Source: an uncultured Gammaproteobacteria bacterium
GTDB taxonomy: Bacteria; Patescibacteriota; Microgenomatia; Woykebacterales; RBG-16-39-9b
Direction: 5' to 3'
NCBI GenBank assembly: GCA_964360785.1
Contig: CAYHXX010000002.1
Span: forward strand, 28,107 to 92,106
DNA length: 64,000 bases
The translations under genes were made by a program, and so were the position numbers. Under the pieces are notes generated by a model, which did not search any database, had not been told where the DNA came from, and saw nothing but the letters and a program-made list of their open reading frames with translations. Positions 10,187 to 18,389 of this stretch are shown in pieces (position 1 is the first letter of the stretch; the number at the start of each line of letters is the position of its first letter).

Positions 10187-10299
10187 ACCGATGTAGCTCA
10201 GTGAAGAGAGCGCCATTTAAGTCTTGCTTTGTTCGGTGGACGGGACCGAGCAACAGAGAGCATTGGAGGTCGGAGGTTCGAATCCTCCCATCGGTACCA
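10187..10299 (+). ncRNA. tRNA-like RNA with 54-nt extended anticodon arm (possible permuted YrlA/Y-RNA-like or intron-containing tRNA)
   Basis: ACCGATG/CATCGGT-A-CCA, D GCTC/GAGC, T arm GGAGG-TTCGAAT-CCTCC; 10213-10266 replaces the normal 17-nt arm. Confidence 0.75.
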
Positions 10300-10302
10300 A
10301 AA

Positions 10303-10325
10303 AGATTCCTCCGAGTTTTCGGAGT
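10303..10325 (+). repeat. Trailer hairpin copy 2 (AGATTCCTCCG-N6-CGGAGT)
   Basis: See 10082-10104. Confidence 0.8.
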
Positions 10326-10329
10326 TTGA

Positions 10330-10510
10330 CTGTTCCGGAGCAAGGCTGCTCCTGACAGGGCGTGGTGGACAAGCAAAAGTCTTTCGGGAGAACTGACCGC
10401 TGTCTGTCTACCACGCCACCCAACGTTTGGATCACCTGGGTCTCTTTCCCCAGTGGTCTGCTGATTTGAGCTCGGACTGCCCCTCTAAGCTCTGGTCAGC
10501 CCCTCCCCTG
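10330..10510 (+). ncRNA. Putative structured ncRNA downstream of tRNA cluster
   Basis: Consecutive GC-rich stems: GGAGCA/TGCTCC; GGCGTGGTGGACA/TGTCTACCACGCC; CTGGG/CCCAG; GCTGATT/GGTCAGC with GAGCT/AGCTC; no convincing ORF. Confidence 0.5.
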
Positions 10511-10512
10511 TC

Positions 10513-10556
10513 GGCCCCTGGGATGACTTTACACTCGTCCCCGGGGCCATTTTTTT
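10513..10556 (+). terminator. Intrinsic terminator of RNA operon
   Basis: GGCCCCTGGGATGA...TCGTCCCCGGGGCC followed by ATTTTTTT. Confidence 0.8.
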
Positions 10557-10583
10557 GACAAAAATATTTTTCACTAATACAAT
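10555..10583 (+). promoter_or_regulatory. sigma70 promoter
   Basis: TTGACA-17 nt-TACAAT. Confidence 0.75.
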
Positions 10584-10610
10584 TCGCTCATTCTAAGTAG
10601 GAGGAGTTCT

Positions 10611-10847
10611 ATGGAAGACGTAACGCGTCTTGAAGACATGTCGGTGAGAGGCCGCTTAACCTTATCTTGGCAGGACGATGGAGATATCTGCATAACTGTC
10701 ATCGAAGATAGCGGAAGGAGTGCTGGCATTGAGTTTTGTAACACTGGTGGGGGTGGTGGTCAATCTCCCAATACTTTGAGGGCGTTGAGAGAACTCTACA
10801 AAGCAATGCAAAAAGACAACCAAGATAATCCGATTACGCGGGGTTAA
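10611..10847 (+). CDS. Hypothetical protein (78 aa, EFCNTGGGGGQSP motif)
   Basis: Own promoter and strong SD AGGAGGAG. Confidence 0.8.
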   Translation: MEDVTRLEDMSVRGRLTLSWQDDGDICITVIEDSGRSAGIEFCNTGGGGGQSPNTLRALRELYKAMQKDNQDNPITRG

Positions 10848-10850
10848 GAC

Positions 10851-10985
10851 TTGGAAAGCCCCATTTGTTTCCACCGCTGGAACCTTGTCTTCTCTTGTCC
10901 TTGTGGTTGCGGACAAGGTCTGATCAAATGCCGAAATTGTAAAAAGGAAGAGATGTTCCGAGTCGAGATTATAAGGACACTTTAA
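10851..10985 (+). CDS. Small Cys/His-rich putative zinc-binding protein (44 aa)
   Basis: Manual translation from TTG: MESPICFHRWNLVFSCPCGCGQGLIKCRNCKKEEMFRVEIIRTL; fills the gap up to the terminator. Confidence 0.5.
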   Translation: MESPICFHRWNLVFSCPCGCGQGLIKCRNCKKEEMFRVEIIRTL

Positions 10986-11012
10986 GAGCAGCTAGTAACT
11001 GCTCTTCTTTTT
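10984..11012. terminator. Terminator hairpin between convergent genes
   Basis: AAGAGCAG-CTAGTAA-CTGCTCTT then CTTTTTT. Confidence 0.65.
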
Positions 11013-12113
11013 TTACTCAAGTTCCTTCAGTGCTTCTTTTTGCTTGTTGGAAAGTTTAGTTGGGGTAATTATTTTTACACGGACAAACTGGTCTCCACGA
11101 GAGTTTCCGTGTTTGATACCTTTTTCCTTGAGACGAATATCTGTTCCGGTCTGCACACCTTCGGGAATTTTCAGTTTGACTGGCCCCTCAAGAGTTGGAA
11201 CTTCGATAGTAGCGCCCAAGGCTGCCTGAGCAAAATTAATTGGTTGTTCAATATAAACATGGTAGCCAGAGCGTTTGAAATCTTTGTGTGGAGCGACCCG
11301 GATACTTAAATAGAGATCTCCATAGCTACCACCTTTTTCTCCAGCTTGCCCTAGCCCTGGAAACCTGACCGTGTCAGAATCGTCAACTCCTGGTGGAATT
11401 TTTATTTCAGTTTCTTTGACTGTTCTTGCCCTGCCAGCGCCTTTGCATTTTTGGCATTTTTTCTCGACTATTTCTCCTTCACCCTCGCAAGTAGGACAGA
11501 CCCTCCGGGTCATGATTGGCCCAAGAATTGAGTTGGTAGTTTGCTGCACCGAACCACGACCATTGCAAGTCGAACAAGTTTTTTTGCTGGAATTTCTCTC
11601 AGCACCAGATCCAGAGCACTCACTACAAATTTCATAGCGGGGAATTTCGACTTTCTTGGTAGCACCAAAAGCTGCTTGCTCAAAGGGAATAGTGATCTCG
11701 TAGTGAAGGTCTTCCCCTGTCCTGGGACCAGTTTTTCTCCTTGTTGATCCAAAGGGAGAAGAGCCACCAAAGAATTCATTGAAGATATCAAATGGGTCAC
11801 GAAAACCAGAGTCAAAATCCACATTTACTCCACCTGCTCCGTAACCATAGCTATAGCCACCAGAGCCCCGGGGAGGAGCACCGCCACCCTGGAAAGCCGA
11901 GTGTCCAAACTGATCGTAGGCTGCTTTTTTCTGTGGGTCAGAAAGTACTTGGTAGGCTTCGTTGATTTCTTTAAAGCGTTCCGCCGCACCACTGGTTTTG
12001 TCCACATCCGGGTGGTGTTTGCGCGCCATTGTACGGTAAGCTTTTTTTATATCAGATTCAGTTGAAGTTTTGGAAATGCCCAACACTTCGTAATAGTCTC
12101 GTTTACTAGACAT
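11013..12113 (-). CDS. dnaJ: Chaperone DnaJ
   Basis: J domain HPD, G/F region, four CxxCxGxG repeats. Confidence 0.98.
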   Translation of the reverse strand: MSSKRDYYEVLGISKTSTESDIKKAYRTMARKHHPDVDKTSGAAERFKEINEAYQVLSDPQKKAAYDQFGHSAFQGGGAPPRGSGGYSYGYGAGGVNVDFDSGFRDPFDIFNEFFGGSSPFGSTRRKTGPRTGEDLHYEITIPFEQAAFGATKKVEIPRYEICSECSGSGAERNSSKKTCSTCNGRGSVQQTTNSILGPIMTRRVCPTCEGEGEIVEKKCQKCKGAGRARTVKETEIKIPPGVDDSDTVRFPGLGQAGEKGGSYGDLYLSIRVAPHKDFKRSGYHVYIEQPINFAQAALGATIEVPTLEGPVKLKIPEGVQTGTDIRLKEKGIKHGNSRGDQFVRVKIITPTKLSNKQKEALKELE

Positions 12114-12128
12114 AGTTTGAGAGAGATT

Positions 12129-12155
12129 TTAGCAGATAACACTCTTTATTGCCAA
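12129..12155. promoter_or_regulatory. Degenerate CIRCE-like operator overlapping dnaJ promoter
   Basis: TTAGCAgat-N9-tatTGCcAA versus consensus TTAGCACTC-N9-GAGTGCTAA. Confidence 0.45.
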
Positions 12156-12163
12156 TGTTTGGA

Positions 12164-13060
12164 TTATTTATCCGAAGTACTGTTTGAAACTTCTGAAGGG
12201 TTGTTAGCAGGTTTTTCTTTATTTTTCTTTTTGCGATAGTAGACCAAAACTCCACCCAAAATAATTGCTAGAGCAGCGAGAAGTAGAATAACCACTGGAT
12301 TCTGGAATACTCCTTTTGTTTCTGTTGCAGAAGTTGTTGCCTTTGGTGTTGTTTTAGCACTTGCTGTAGCCGCGGTTGGAGTCTTAGTTTGGGTCACCGT
12401 CTCTGTAGCTGGCGCGTCGCTTTTGTTTTCAGTTGTTGAAGTGTTTGGGTTTACTGGTGCCGGTTCTGAGCTTTCTGTAGGCGCAGGGGCTGCTGCTGGC
12501 GGATCTGCTGCAGGTGGAGCTGGTGCTGCCGCATCATAGCCGTAGGTTAAAAAACCAAAGTTTTGTTTATTAGGATCTGTATTTTTTACTACTCCGTCAA
12601 CTACAGCGTTTCCTCGAGTGTAGTCTGGTGTTTCGTCTATGCGCCAATAAGCCGTCGAGGAAGTAGTCGTCAGGATGATTTGATATATAGCTTCAGCAGT
12701 AACCGAAAGGTCGGTACTGAAATCAAAAAGAACCCAGGAACCATTTTCACTACTTGGAGCAGTCGCATCCATAGAACCAATAGAATTAGCGGCTGCATCC
12801 TTTATAGCCATGTTAACAGTCGCTGAAGAACCATCCCCATTCAAATAGACATAAACCTTGTCCAATTTATTCTTGGTTGGTTTGAAAGTTTGTTTGACCG
12901 TATGACTATTTATACGCCAGTAACCCGCATCAGCGCTTGGAGGAAGGGGAACATATTCATATTGATCAAGAACCGATGCTGCCGCAAAAGTTTGTGCTGG
13001 AAATAGTAGGAGGAAGGCCACGACAACTAAAGCTGCGGAAATTTTGGACAGTATACGCAT
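12164..13060 (-). CDS. Secreted/surface protein with Pro/Thr/Ala-rich stalk and C-terminal membrane anchor
   Basis: N-terminal signal peptide (..AQTFA), probable beta-rich domain, PAPPAADPP/TKT linker, TM helix followed by RKKKNK. Confidence 0.8.
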   Translation of the reverse strand: MRILSKISAALVVVAFLLLFPAQTFAAASVLDQYEYVPLPPSADAGYWRINSHTVKQTFKPTKNKLDKVYVYLNGDGSSATVNMAIKDAAANSIGSMDATAPSSENGSWVLFDFSTDLSVTAEAIYQIILTTTSSTAYWRIDETPDYTRGNAVVDGVVKNTDPNKQNFGFLTYGYDAAAPAPPAADPPAAAPAPTESSEPAPVNPNTSTTENKSDAPATETVTQTKTPTAATASAKTTPKATTSATETKGVFQNPVVILLLAALAIILGGVLVYYRKKKNKEKPANNPSEVSNSTSDK

Positions 13061-13097
13061 CTACTAAACTCTAGTACAGAAAAAATTAAAATGCAAG

Positions 13098-13634
13098 CTA
13101 TTTATTTAGCCAGAGTTTGGCCTTGGTAAAAGCAGCGATTGACTGGGCGTCAATTATTTCACCTTTTCGTATCAGCTCGTTAACCTCTGCAAAACTGACC
13201 TTTTTCATGTTGCTGATTCCCTCTGCTGCTTCTTTGTTTTCACTTGTCTGACGCAATTTTTGCGCTATAAACACGTATTCTGTTTCACAAGCAATTCCGT
13301 TCATTGGTTCTAGCTTTCCAATTTCTGTCCAGCTTTCCGCCTCGAAACCAGTTTCTTCCTTCAGCTCTCTTTTTGCAGCTGCTAGTATATCTTGACCATC
13401 GCTACCTCCACCAGGGAATTCCCAAGAAAAGGTTTTGGTGGGGTAGCGCCACTGGCTGACCAAATAAACATCTTGTTCGTCATCTATGGGAATTATAAAA
13501 ACAGAGTTGGGTGTTTCAACAAAGGAATATTGGCCGTGACTTCCATCTGGTCGGAGCACCTCATCCTCACGGATTTTCATCCAAGGTGTCTCGTAAACAA
13601 TTTTTGAACTTTTAGTTTTCCAAGGATTTTCCAT
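13098..13634 (-). CDS. NUDIX hydrolase (ADP-ribose pyrophosphatase-like)
   Basis: EFPGG...AAKRELKEETG Nudix box. Confidence 0.92.
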   Translation of the reverse strand: MENPWKTKSSKIVYETPWMKIREDEVLRPDGSHGQYSFVETPNSVFIIPIDDEQDVYLVSQWRYPTKTFSWEFPGGGSDGQDILAAAKRELKEETGFEAESWTEIGKLEPMNGIACETEYVFIAQKLRQTSENKEAAEGISNMKKVSFAEVNELIRKGEIIDAQSIAAFTKAKLWLNK

Positions 13635-14215
13635 CAGATCAAATTAATACCTTCTTTACCTAAATCTAACCTTAGCTTTCCCACACTCGTGTAAATAAAG
13701 CTTTTAATCCCTAAACTTTCTGCAGCTAAGGTGTTCTTCTCCCGATCGTCAATAAAAATTATTTCCTCTTTATGCAAATTTAATCTTTTTAATACTTCCT
13801 CAAAGAATTCTTTTTCTGGTTTTATAAAGCCAATTTCTGAAGAAATAACAACTTCATCAAAATACTTATACAAATTATTATCTTCCAACATTTTCCTTAA
13901 AATTCCCGCTCTAGCATTAGACATCAACCCAATTTTGTATCTAGTCTTTAGCTGAGAAACCAGTTCTAAAAGCTCTTTATCAAGACCAAATTCTTTATGG
14001 ATCATGGGTAAAATAGTTTCGGGAGCGAATCCGGTCTTTTCAGCAATTCTTTGTACAAATTCTGCTTCCTCCATCCTACCTCTGTCTAATAGATTAGTTA
14101 GATTCTGAAAAAAATCTCTTTGATTTTCCAAGTCTTTATACGTCTTACCCAACCAACTCCACAAAAGATCTGGACAAATCACTCCAAAGAAATCAAAAAC
14201 AATTGCTTTAGTCAT
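13634..14215 (-). CDS. HAD-family phosphatase
   Basis: VFDFFGVI, MSN, KP, FIDD motifs. Confidence 0.9.
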   Translation of the reverse strand: MTKAIVFDFFGVICPDLLWSWLGKTYKDLENQRDFFQNLTNLLDRGRMEEAEFVQRIAEKTGFAPETILPMIHKEFGLDKELLELVSQLKTRYKIGLMSNARAGILRKMLEDNNLYKYFDEVVISSEIGFIKPEKEFFEEVLKRLNLHKEEIIFIDDREKNTLAAESLGIKSFIYTSVGKLRLDLGKEGINLI

Positions 14216-14232
14216 CTTGTAAATAGTACCAG

Positions 14233-14270
14233 AAAAAGAATGTGCCCCGACGAGTTGTTCATCGGGGCGT
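14233..14270 (-). terminator. Intrinsic terminator of GC-rich cassette
   Basis: GCCCCGA/TCGGGGC stem with A-run on plus strand. Confidence 0.7.
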
Positions 14271-14290
14271 GGTGGGCTGCGGAACTTGAG

Positions 14291-14638
14291 TCAGGTCTGC
14301 TGCGGACGGAACATGCGGTACGTGCTGACCGGGAAACCGATGATGTGAACAGCCGACGCGATAGCTGCCATCACGGTCCAGGTCAGGAGAAGAACGTATA
14401 CACCGTCGGCATTGGCCTTATCGTTCCAACCCGAGATACCCACGTACAGGATGTACGGAGTGGCCGGAAGTACGACCAGTGCGGTGAGGAAGCCGACCAG
14501 CTTCATCACCCAATAACCCCACCGGTGGTAGGTGTCCTGGACATACTGTCCAAAGACGTATGCGCCAGCCATCGGTGTCGACAGAACGATCGACGCGGAG
14601 ACGATGATCCCCAGGTGGTCATTGATGAAAGCGAACAT
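14291..14638 (-). CDS. GC-rich orphan membrane protein (115 aa, about 3 TM)
   Basis: SD GGGAGGGA, hydrophobic helices, GC-ending codons unlike neighbours. Confidence 0.75.
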   Translation of the reverse strand: MFAFINDHLGIIVSASIVLSTPMAGAYVFGQYVQDTYHRWGYWVMKLVGFLTALVVLPATPYILYVGISGWNDKANADGVYVLLLTWTVMAAIASAVHIIGFPVSTYRMFRPQQT

Positions 14639-14718
14639 GGAACAATCCCTCCCTGAATAGTCCCTTCCGAGACCGATTTCTTGACTTATAGTATTTTACC
14701 ACGAGGAAGGAAATCTTT

Positions 14719-15078
14719 TTAAATGGTCTTAAAAACCTTGTCTGTAGGTTCAGAGGGGATTTTAATAGTTTGGCAAAGCGTTGGTTCTTCCAAAACTTTT
14801 TTAACGGCAGTACTTACTCCCGGTGGAATAACAATGTAGTCGCCTTGGTTTAATTCGTAGTCTTCACCATCAATCTCCCAAATGGCTTTCCCACTGAAAA
14901 TAAACTCTATCTTTGTAGCTTTTTTCTGAAAATGTGGTTTTGAGGTAAAGCTTTTTTCCAGATTCTTAATTTTAATTTCCACTCTATCGTCTTTTAATAA
15001 ACCTTCAGGCATGAAAGACCCATAAAGCCAGCCCTCGCGCTCCTGTTCTTGAAAAAAGTTACCTTTGAAAAATTTCAT
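14719..15078 (-). CDS. Cupin-domain protein
   Basis: PHFQK..E FIFSGKA..EIDGE...LNQGDYIVIPPG. Confidence 0.85.
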   Translation of the reverse strand: MKFFKGNFFQEQEREGWLYGSFMPEGLLKDDRVEIKIKNLEKSFTSKPHFQKKATKIEFIFSGKAIWEIDGEDYELNQGDYIVIPPGVSTAVKKVLEEPTLCQTIKIPSEPTDKVFKTI

Positions 15079-15081
15079 TTT

Positions 15082-15645
15082 TTATCCTATCGCACCCAAG
15101 ACTTTTTCGAAGATCTTTTTGTGGCCCGCTGCATTTGGATGATCTCCATCATTATAAAAATCATCTCTTGTTAAAACTCCAAAACAGTCGGCAAATTTGA
15201 GGTTTCTTTCTTGGGAAATTTCTTTAATCACTTCATTGTATTTCTTAATTTCTTCGTTTCTATAACCAAACTTGTTACTCTCCTCATCAATATTGTTAAG
15301 TTCAACTACTACAATATCCTTAGTAATTTTTTCTGCTTTATCCAAAAGCTCTTTATAAGAACTTTTAAACTCGTCTATTGGTGTTCCACCTGGGTTGTCT
15401 ATGTTTGTACTGTCATTAATTCCAATGGAAAAAATAATCTTATCTGGTCGGCGAGCGTCAACCTCTAGATCAAATCTTTTCAAAACGTCAGACACTCTGT
15501 CTCCGGAAACTCCGCAGTTATACACATAAGTTTCAGGATCATTATCAAAGAAATGCACTTTGAGCCGCTCGACCCAGCCTCCGGATTCTAGATCAAAAGC
15601 TCCCCAAGTTATACTATCCCCAAAAACACATATTCTATTGCTCAT
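15082..15645 (-). CDS. SGNH/GDSL hydrolase
   Basis: FGDSITWG, GVSG, GIND, DGDHPN. Confidence 0.92.
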   Translation of the reverse strand: MSNRICVFGDSITWGAFDLESGGWVERLKVHFFDNDPETYVYNCGVSGDRVSDVLKRFDLEVDARRPDKIIFSIGINDSTNIDNPGGTPIDEFKSSYKELLDKAEKITKDIVVVELNNIDEESNKFGYRNEEIKKYNEVIKEISQERNLKFADCFGVLTRDDFYNDGDHPNAAGHKKIFEKVLGAIG

Positions 15646-16097
15646 TCCTTTTTTTCTTCGTCAACTACTTCACCTTCAAGTTTTGTATCTATTCCTATTC
15701 TCAAAAACCCATTCTTCTTGTAATCTGCATCAAAACTAAAAATTTCTTGCTTATTTCTTTCCTTCAGTATTGCGATATTAACCATATCGGTAAATCTGGA
15801 ATTTTTTGAAGCTTGATTCTTGAAAACTTCAAATGCTTGATTTCTCAATTTTGTATCTACCTCAACTATTTCCACCTGGCTATTCAAAATCTCGTTAGCA
15901 AAATTTACTGCAGCAGCATGACCAACGTTTTGGCTGATAACTGTGATTGCTTCACCAAAGGCTGGATCCGATGTAACCGTCCCACAACCAACAGCGCTAG
16001 CTACACTACTAACTGCGACAGCCAGTTTGTGATTTGAGTCTTTGGAGTCTACTAGTGCTACAAAGGCATCAGCGTCGACGAAGAGTTCTTTTTCCAT
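15642..16097 (-). CDS. PIN-domain (VapC-like) toxin
   Basis: FVDADAFVAL..SKDSNH, E, FTD, FSFDADY; start reassigned to ATG 16097. Confidence 0.88.
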   Translation of the reverse strand: MEKELFVDADAFVALVDSKDSNHKLAVAVSSVASAVGCGTVTSDPAFGEAITVISQNVGHAAAVNFANEILNSQVEIVEVDTKLRNQAFEVFKNQASKNSRFTDMVNIAILKERNKQEIFSFDADYKKNGFLRIGIDTKLEGEVVDEEKKE

Positions 16098-16459
16098 AGT
16101 TCGGGGACTTACTACCATATAAGTAGGAGTTAATATTCGTGGAAAGGTTACCGGGACCAGCTGTGGCTTTTGCAGCGATCTTGAGCAAAACATCAGCCGG
16201 AGATTCGCTTGTCTTTTTTCTTAAACCAGATTTTAAAAGCTCCCTGATTATTTCAGCCTGTGGTTTATCTTGTTTCTTGGAAAGAAGGTTAATCTCCCGA
16301 TCCAGAGTCTCGGTAAGATATATTTGTTTTCTTTTCATTTTCGTCCTCGATAAATATCGCGCTTATGAACTCTAATTATCGTAAATACTTACTAGCGCGT
16401 TATACGCTATACATTATACACTACTTACTTCTTTTCTTCGTCAACTACTTCACCTTCAA
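15652..16459. repeat. 28-bp perfect direct repeat (15652-15679 and 16432-16459) flanking the TA module
   Basis: TTTTCTTCGTCAACTACTTCACCTTCAA twice; encodes EGEVVDEEK in both DnaK and the toxin. Confidence 0.92.
16069..16338 (-). CDS. Ribbon-helix-helix/CopG antitoxin (VapB-like)
   Basis: MKRKQIYL...AEIIRELL; DLS/NLS..I..YLYG-type tail; overlaps toxin start. Confidence 0.85.
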   Translation of the reverse strand: MKRKQIYLTETLDREINLLSKKQDKPQAEIIRELLKSGLRKKTSESPADVLLKIAAKATAGPGNLSTNINSYLYGSKSPNYGKRTLRRR

Positions 16460-18371
16460 CTGTTTTGTTGTCTTCTTTTTCCTTCGACGCGCCTTCGGCT
16501 TGCTCAGGACTACCGCCTTCACCGTCTGTTGGTGGGATTTCTTCTTGGACGCCGGCGCCTTCGGGGTTGGTTCCGGGTGCGTTTTCATACATGGCTGATC
16601 CGATTTTTTGCAGCGCAGCCCCGAGTTCGTCAGCGGCTTTCTTAATATCGTCCGCATTGTCCTTTGTTATCGCCTCTTTAGCAGTAGCGACTTTTTCCTC
16701 AACTTCTTTTTTGACGTCCTCGGCTACTTTGTCACCAGCATCTTTGAGAGATTTTTCGGCGGTATAGACCAGAGAATCAGCGATGTTGCGGGCTTCAATC
16801 AATTCTTTTTTCTTGGCATCTTCCTCGGCGTGTTTTTCTGCTTCCGCGGCCATGTTGGCAGCTTCTTCCTTGGAAAGACCTGTTGAGCCGGTAATGGTAA
16901 TTTTTTGTTCTTTGCCAGAGGCCTTATCCTTGGCGTGAACGTTGAGAATGCCATTAGCATCAATATCAAAGGTTACTTCGATCTGGGGGACGCCACGCGG
17001 TGCTGGTGGTACTCCATCGAGTATGAACCGACCAAGCGATTTGTTGTCAGTTGCCATTGGTCGCTCTCCTTGTAGAACATGGACCTCGACACTAGTCTGA
17101 TTATCCGCAGCCGTTGAGAAAGTTTCTGTCTTGGCAGTTGGAATAGTTGTATTGCGCGCGATCAATACAGTTGAGACTCCGCCAAGGGTTTCAACTCCAA
17201 GGGAGAGTGGGGTAACGTCCAAAAGAACGACATCTTTAACCTCCCCGGTAAGGACTGCCCCTTGAATCCCAGCGCCAATGGCAACAACCTCGTCTGGATT
17301 GATCCCTTTGTGGGGATCTTTGCCGAAAAACTTTTTGACTGCTTCTTGCACTGCTGGCATTCGGGTCATACCGCCAACCAAAACCACCTCATCTACCTTG
17401 GCCGCGTCAATTCCAGCGTCTTTAATAGCGGCTTTACAGGCATCAAAAGTTTTATCAATCAAACTTTGGACCAAACTTTCGAGTTTGGCTCGAGAAAGTT
17501 TTACCAGCAAATGTTTTGGTCCGGAAGCGTCAGCGGTGATGAAGGGAATGTTAACCTCAGTTTCCAGAGAACTGGAAAGCTCGATCTTAGCTTTTTCCGC
17601 ACTATCGCGCAGTCGCTGCATTGCTTGCTTATCGGCTGAGAGATCAACACTATTTTCTTTTTTAAATTCTTCTACCAGAAAATCAATAATTTTTTGGTCA
17701 AAATCATCTCCTCCCAGGTGGGTGTCGCCGGAAGTAGATTTGACTTCAAAAACACCTTCGCCCAGTTCCAAAATGGAAACGTCAAAAGTTCCACCACCAA
17801 GGTCATAGACCGCAATCGTGTGGCCTTGTGATTTTTCCAGACCATAAGCCAGAGCTGCTGCAGTTGGTTCATTAATAATTCTTTTGACATCAAGACCAGC
17901 GATCTCACCGGCCTGTTTTGTTGCTTGGCGCTGGGCATCGTCAAAGTAAGCCGGGACGGTAATCACGGCATCGGTAACTTTCTCACCCAAATAACTTTCG
18001 GCATCAGCTTTGATTTTTTGGAGAATTTGCGCGGAAATTTCTTGGGGTGTGAATTCCTTACCCTCAACTTCAACCACTGCCATATCATTTTTGCCACTCT
18101 TTACAGTGTAGGGAAGCCACTTCACATCGCGTTGCACAGTCTCGTCTTTAAACTTATGTCCCATCAATCTTTTTACTGAAAAAATTGTCGTTTTTGGGTT
18201 AACCACTGCTTGGCGCTTGGCCACCCGCCCAACCACTCTTTTGATCGGATCGACAACTGAAGGGATAATATTTTCACCCTCAGCCGAGTGGATTACTTTT
18301 GGCTGGCCCCCCTCAATGATAGCTACGGCGCTGTTTGTTGTTCCTAGATCGATACCAATAATTTTTGACAT
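16425..18371 (-). CDS. dnaK: Chaperone DnaK
   Basis: [36 protein letters not shown]. Confidence 0.99.
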   Translation of the reverse strand: MSKIIGIDLGTTNSAVAIIEGGQPKVIHSAEGENIIPSVVDPIKRVVGRVAKRQAVVNPKTTIFSVKRLMGHKFKDETVQRDVKWLPYTVKSGKNDMAVVEVEGKEFTPQEISAQILQKIKADAESYLGEKVTDAVITVPAYFDDAQRQATKQAGEIAGLDVKRIINEPTAAALAYGLEKSQGHTIAVYDLGGGTFDVSILELGEGVFEVKSTSGDTHLGGDDFDQKIIDFLVEEFKKENSVDLSADKQAMQRLRDSAEKAKIELSSSLETEVNIPFITADASGPKHLLVKLSRAKLESLVQSLIDKTFDACKAAIKDAGIDAAKVDEVVLVGGMTRMPAVQEAVKKFFGKDPHKGINPDEVVAIGAGIQGAVLTGEVKDVVLLDVTPLSLGVETLGGVSTVLIARNTTIPTAKTETFSTAADNQTSVEVHVLQGERPMATDNKSLGRFILDGVPPAPRGVPQIEVTFDIDANGILNVHAKDKASGKEQKITITGSTGLSKEEAANMAAEAEKHAEEDAKKKELIEARNIADSLVYTAEKSLKDAGDKVAEDVKKEVEEKVATAKEAITKDNADDIKKAADELGAALQKIGSAMYENAPGTNPEGAGVQEEIPPTDGEGGSPEQAEGASKEKEDNKTVEGEVVDEEKK

Positions 18372-18389
18372 ATTTTATTTTCTCCTTTT

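Noticed and set aside
10411-10423. 13-nt match CCACGCCACCCAA to the reverse complement of 63988-64000
   Set aside because: A single short match, truncated at the window edge and lying in coding sequence; compatible with chance.
9937-10435. ORFs of 62-88 aa overlapping the tRNA cluster on both strands
   Set aside because: Typical shadow translations of tRNA genes (GGFEPP, GSNL); the cloverleafs explain the region.
10330-10510. SRP RNA, tmRNA or RNase P RNA
   Set aside because: Lacks the SRP CAGG...GGAA..AGCAG helix, the tmRNA tag ORF and ends, and the RNase P GAGGAAAGTCC motif.
14233-14700. Integron cassettes as the explanation for the GC-rich units
   Set aside because: No intI gene and no clear RYYYAAC...GTTRRRY attC boxes; the hairpins have U-tails like terminators and the units carry their own promoters.
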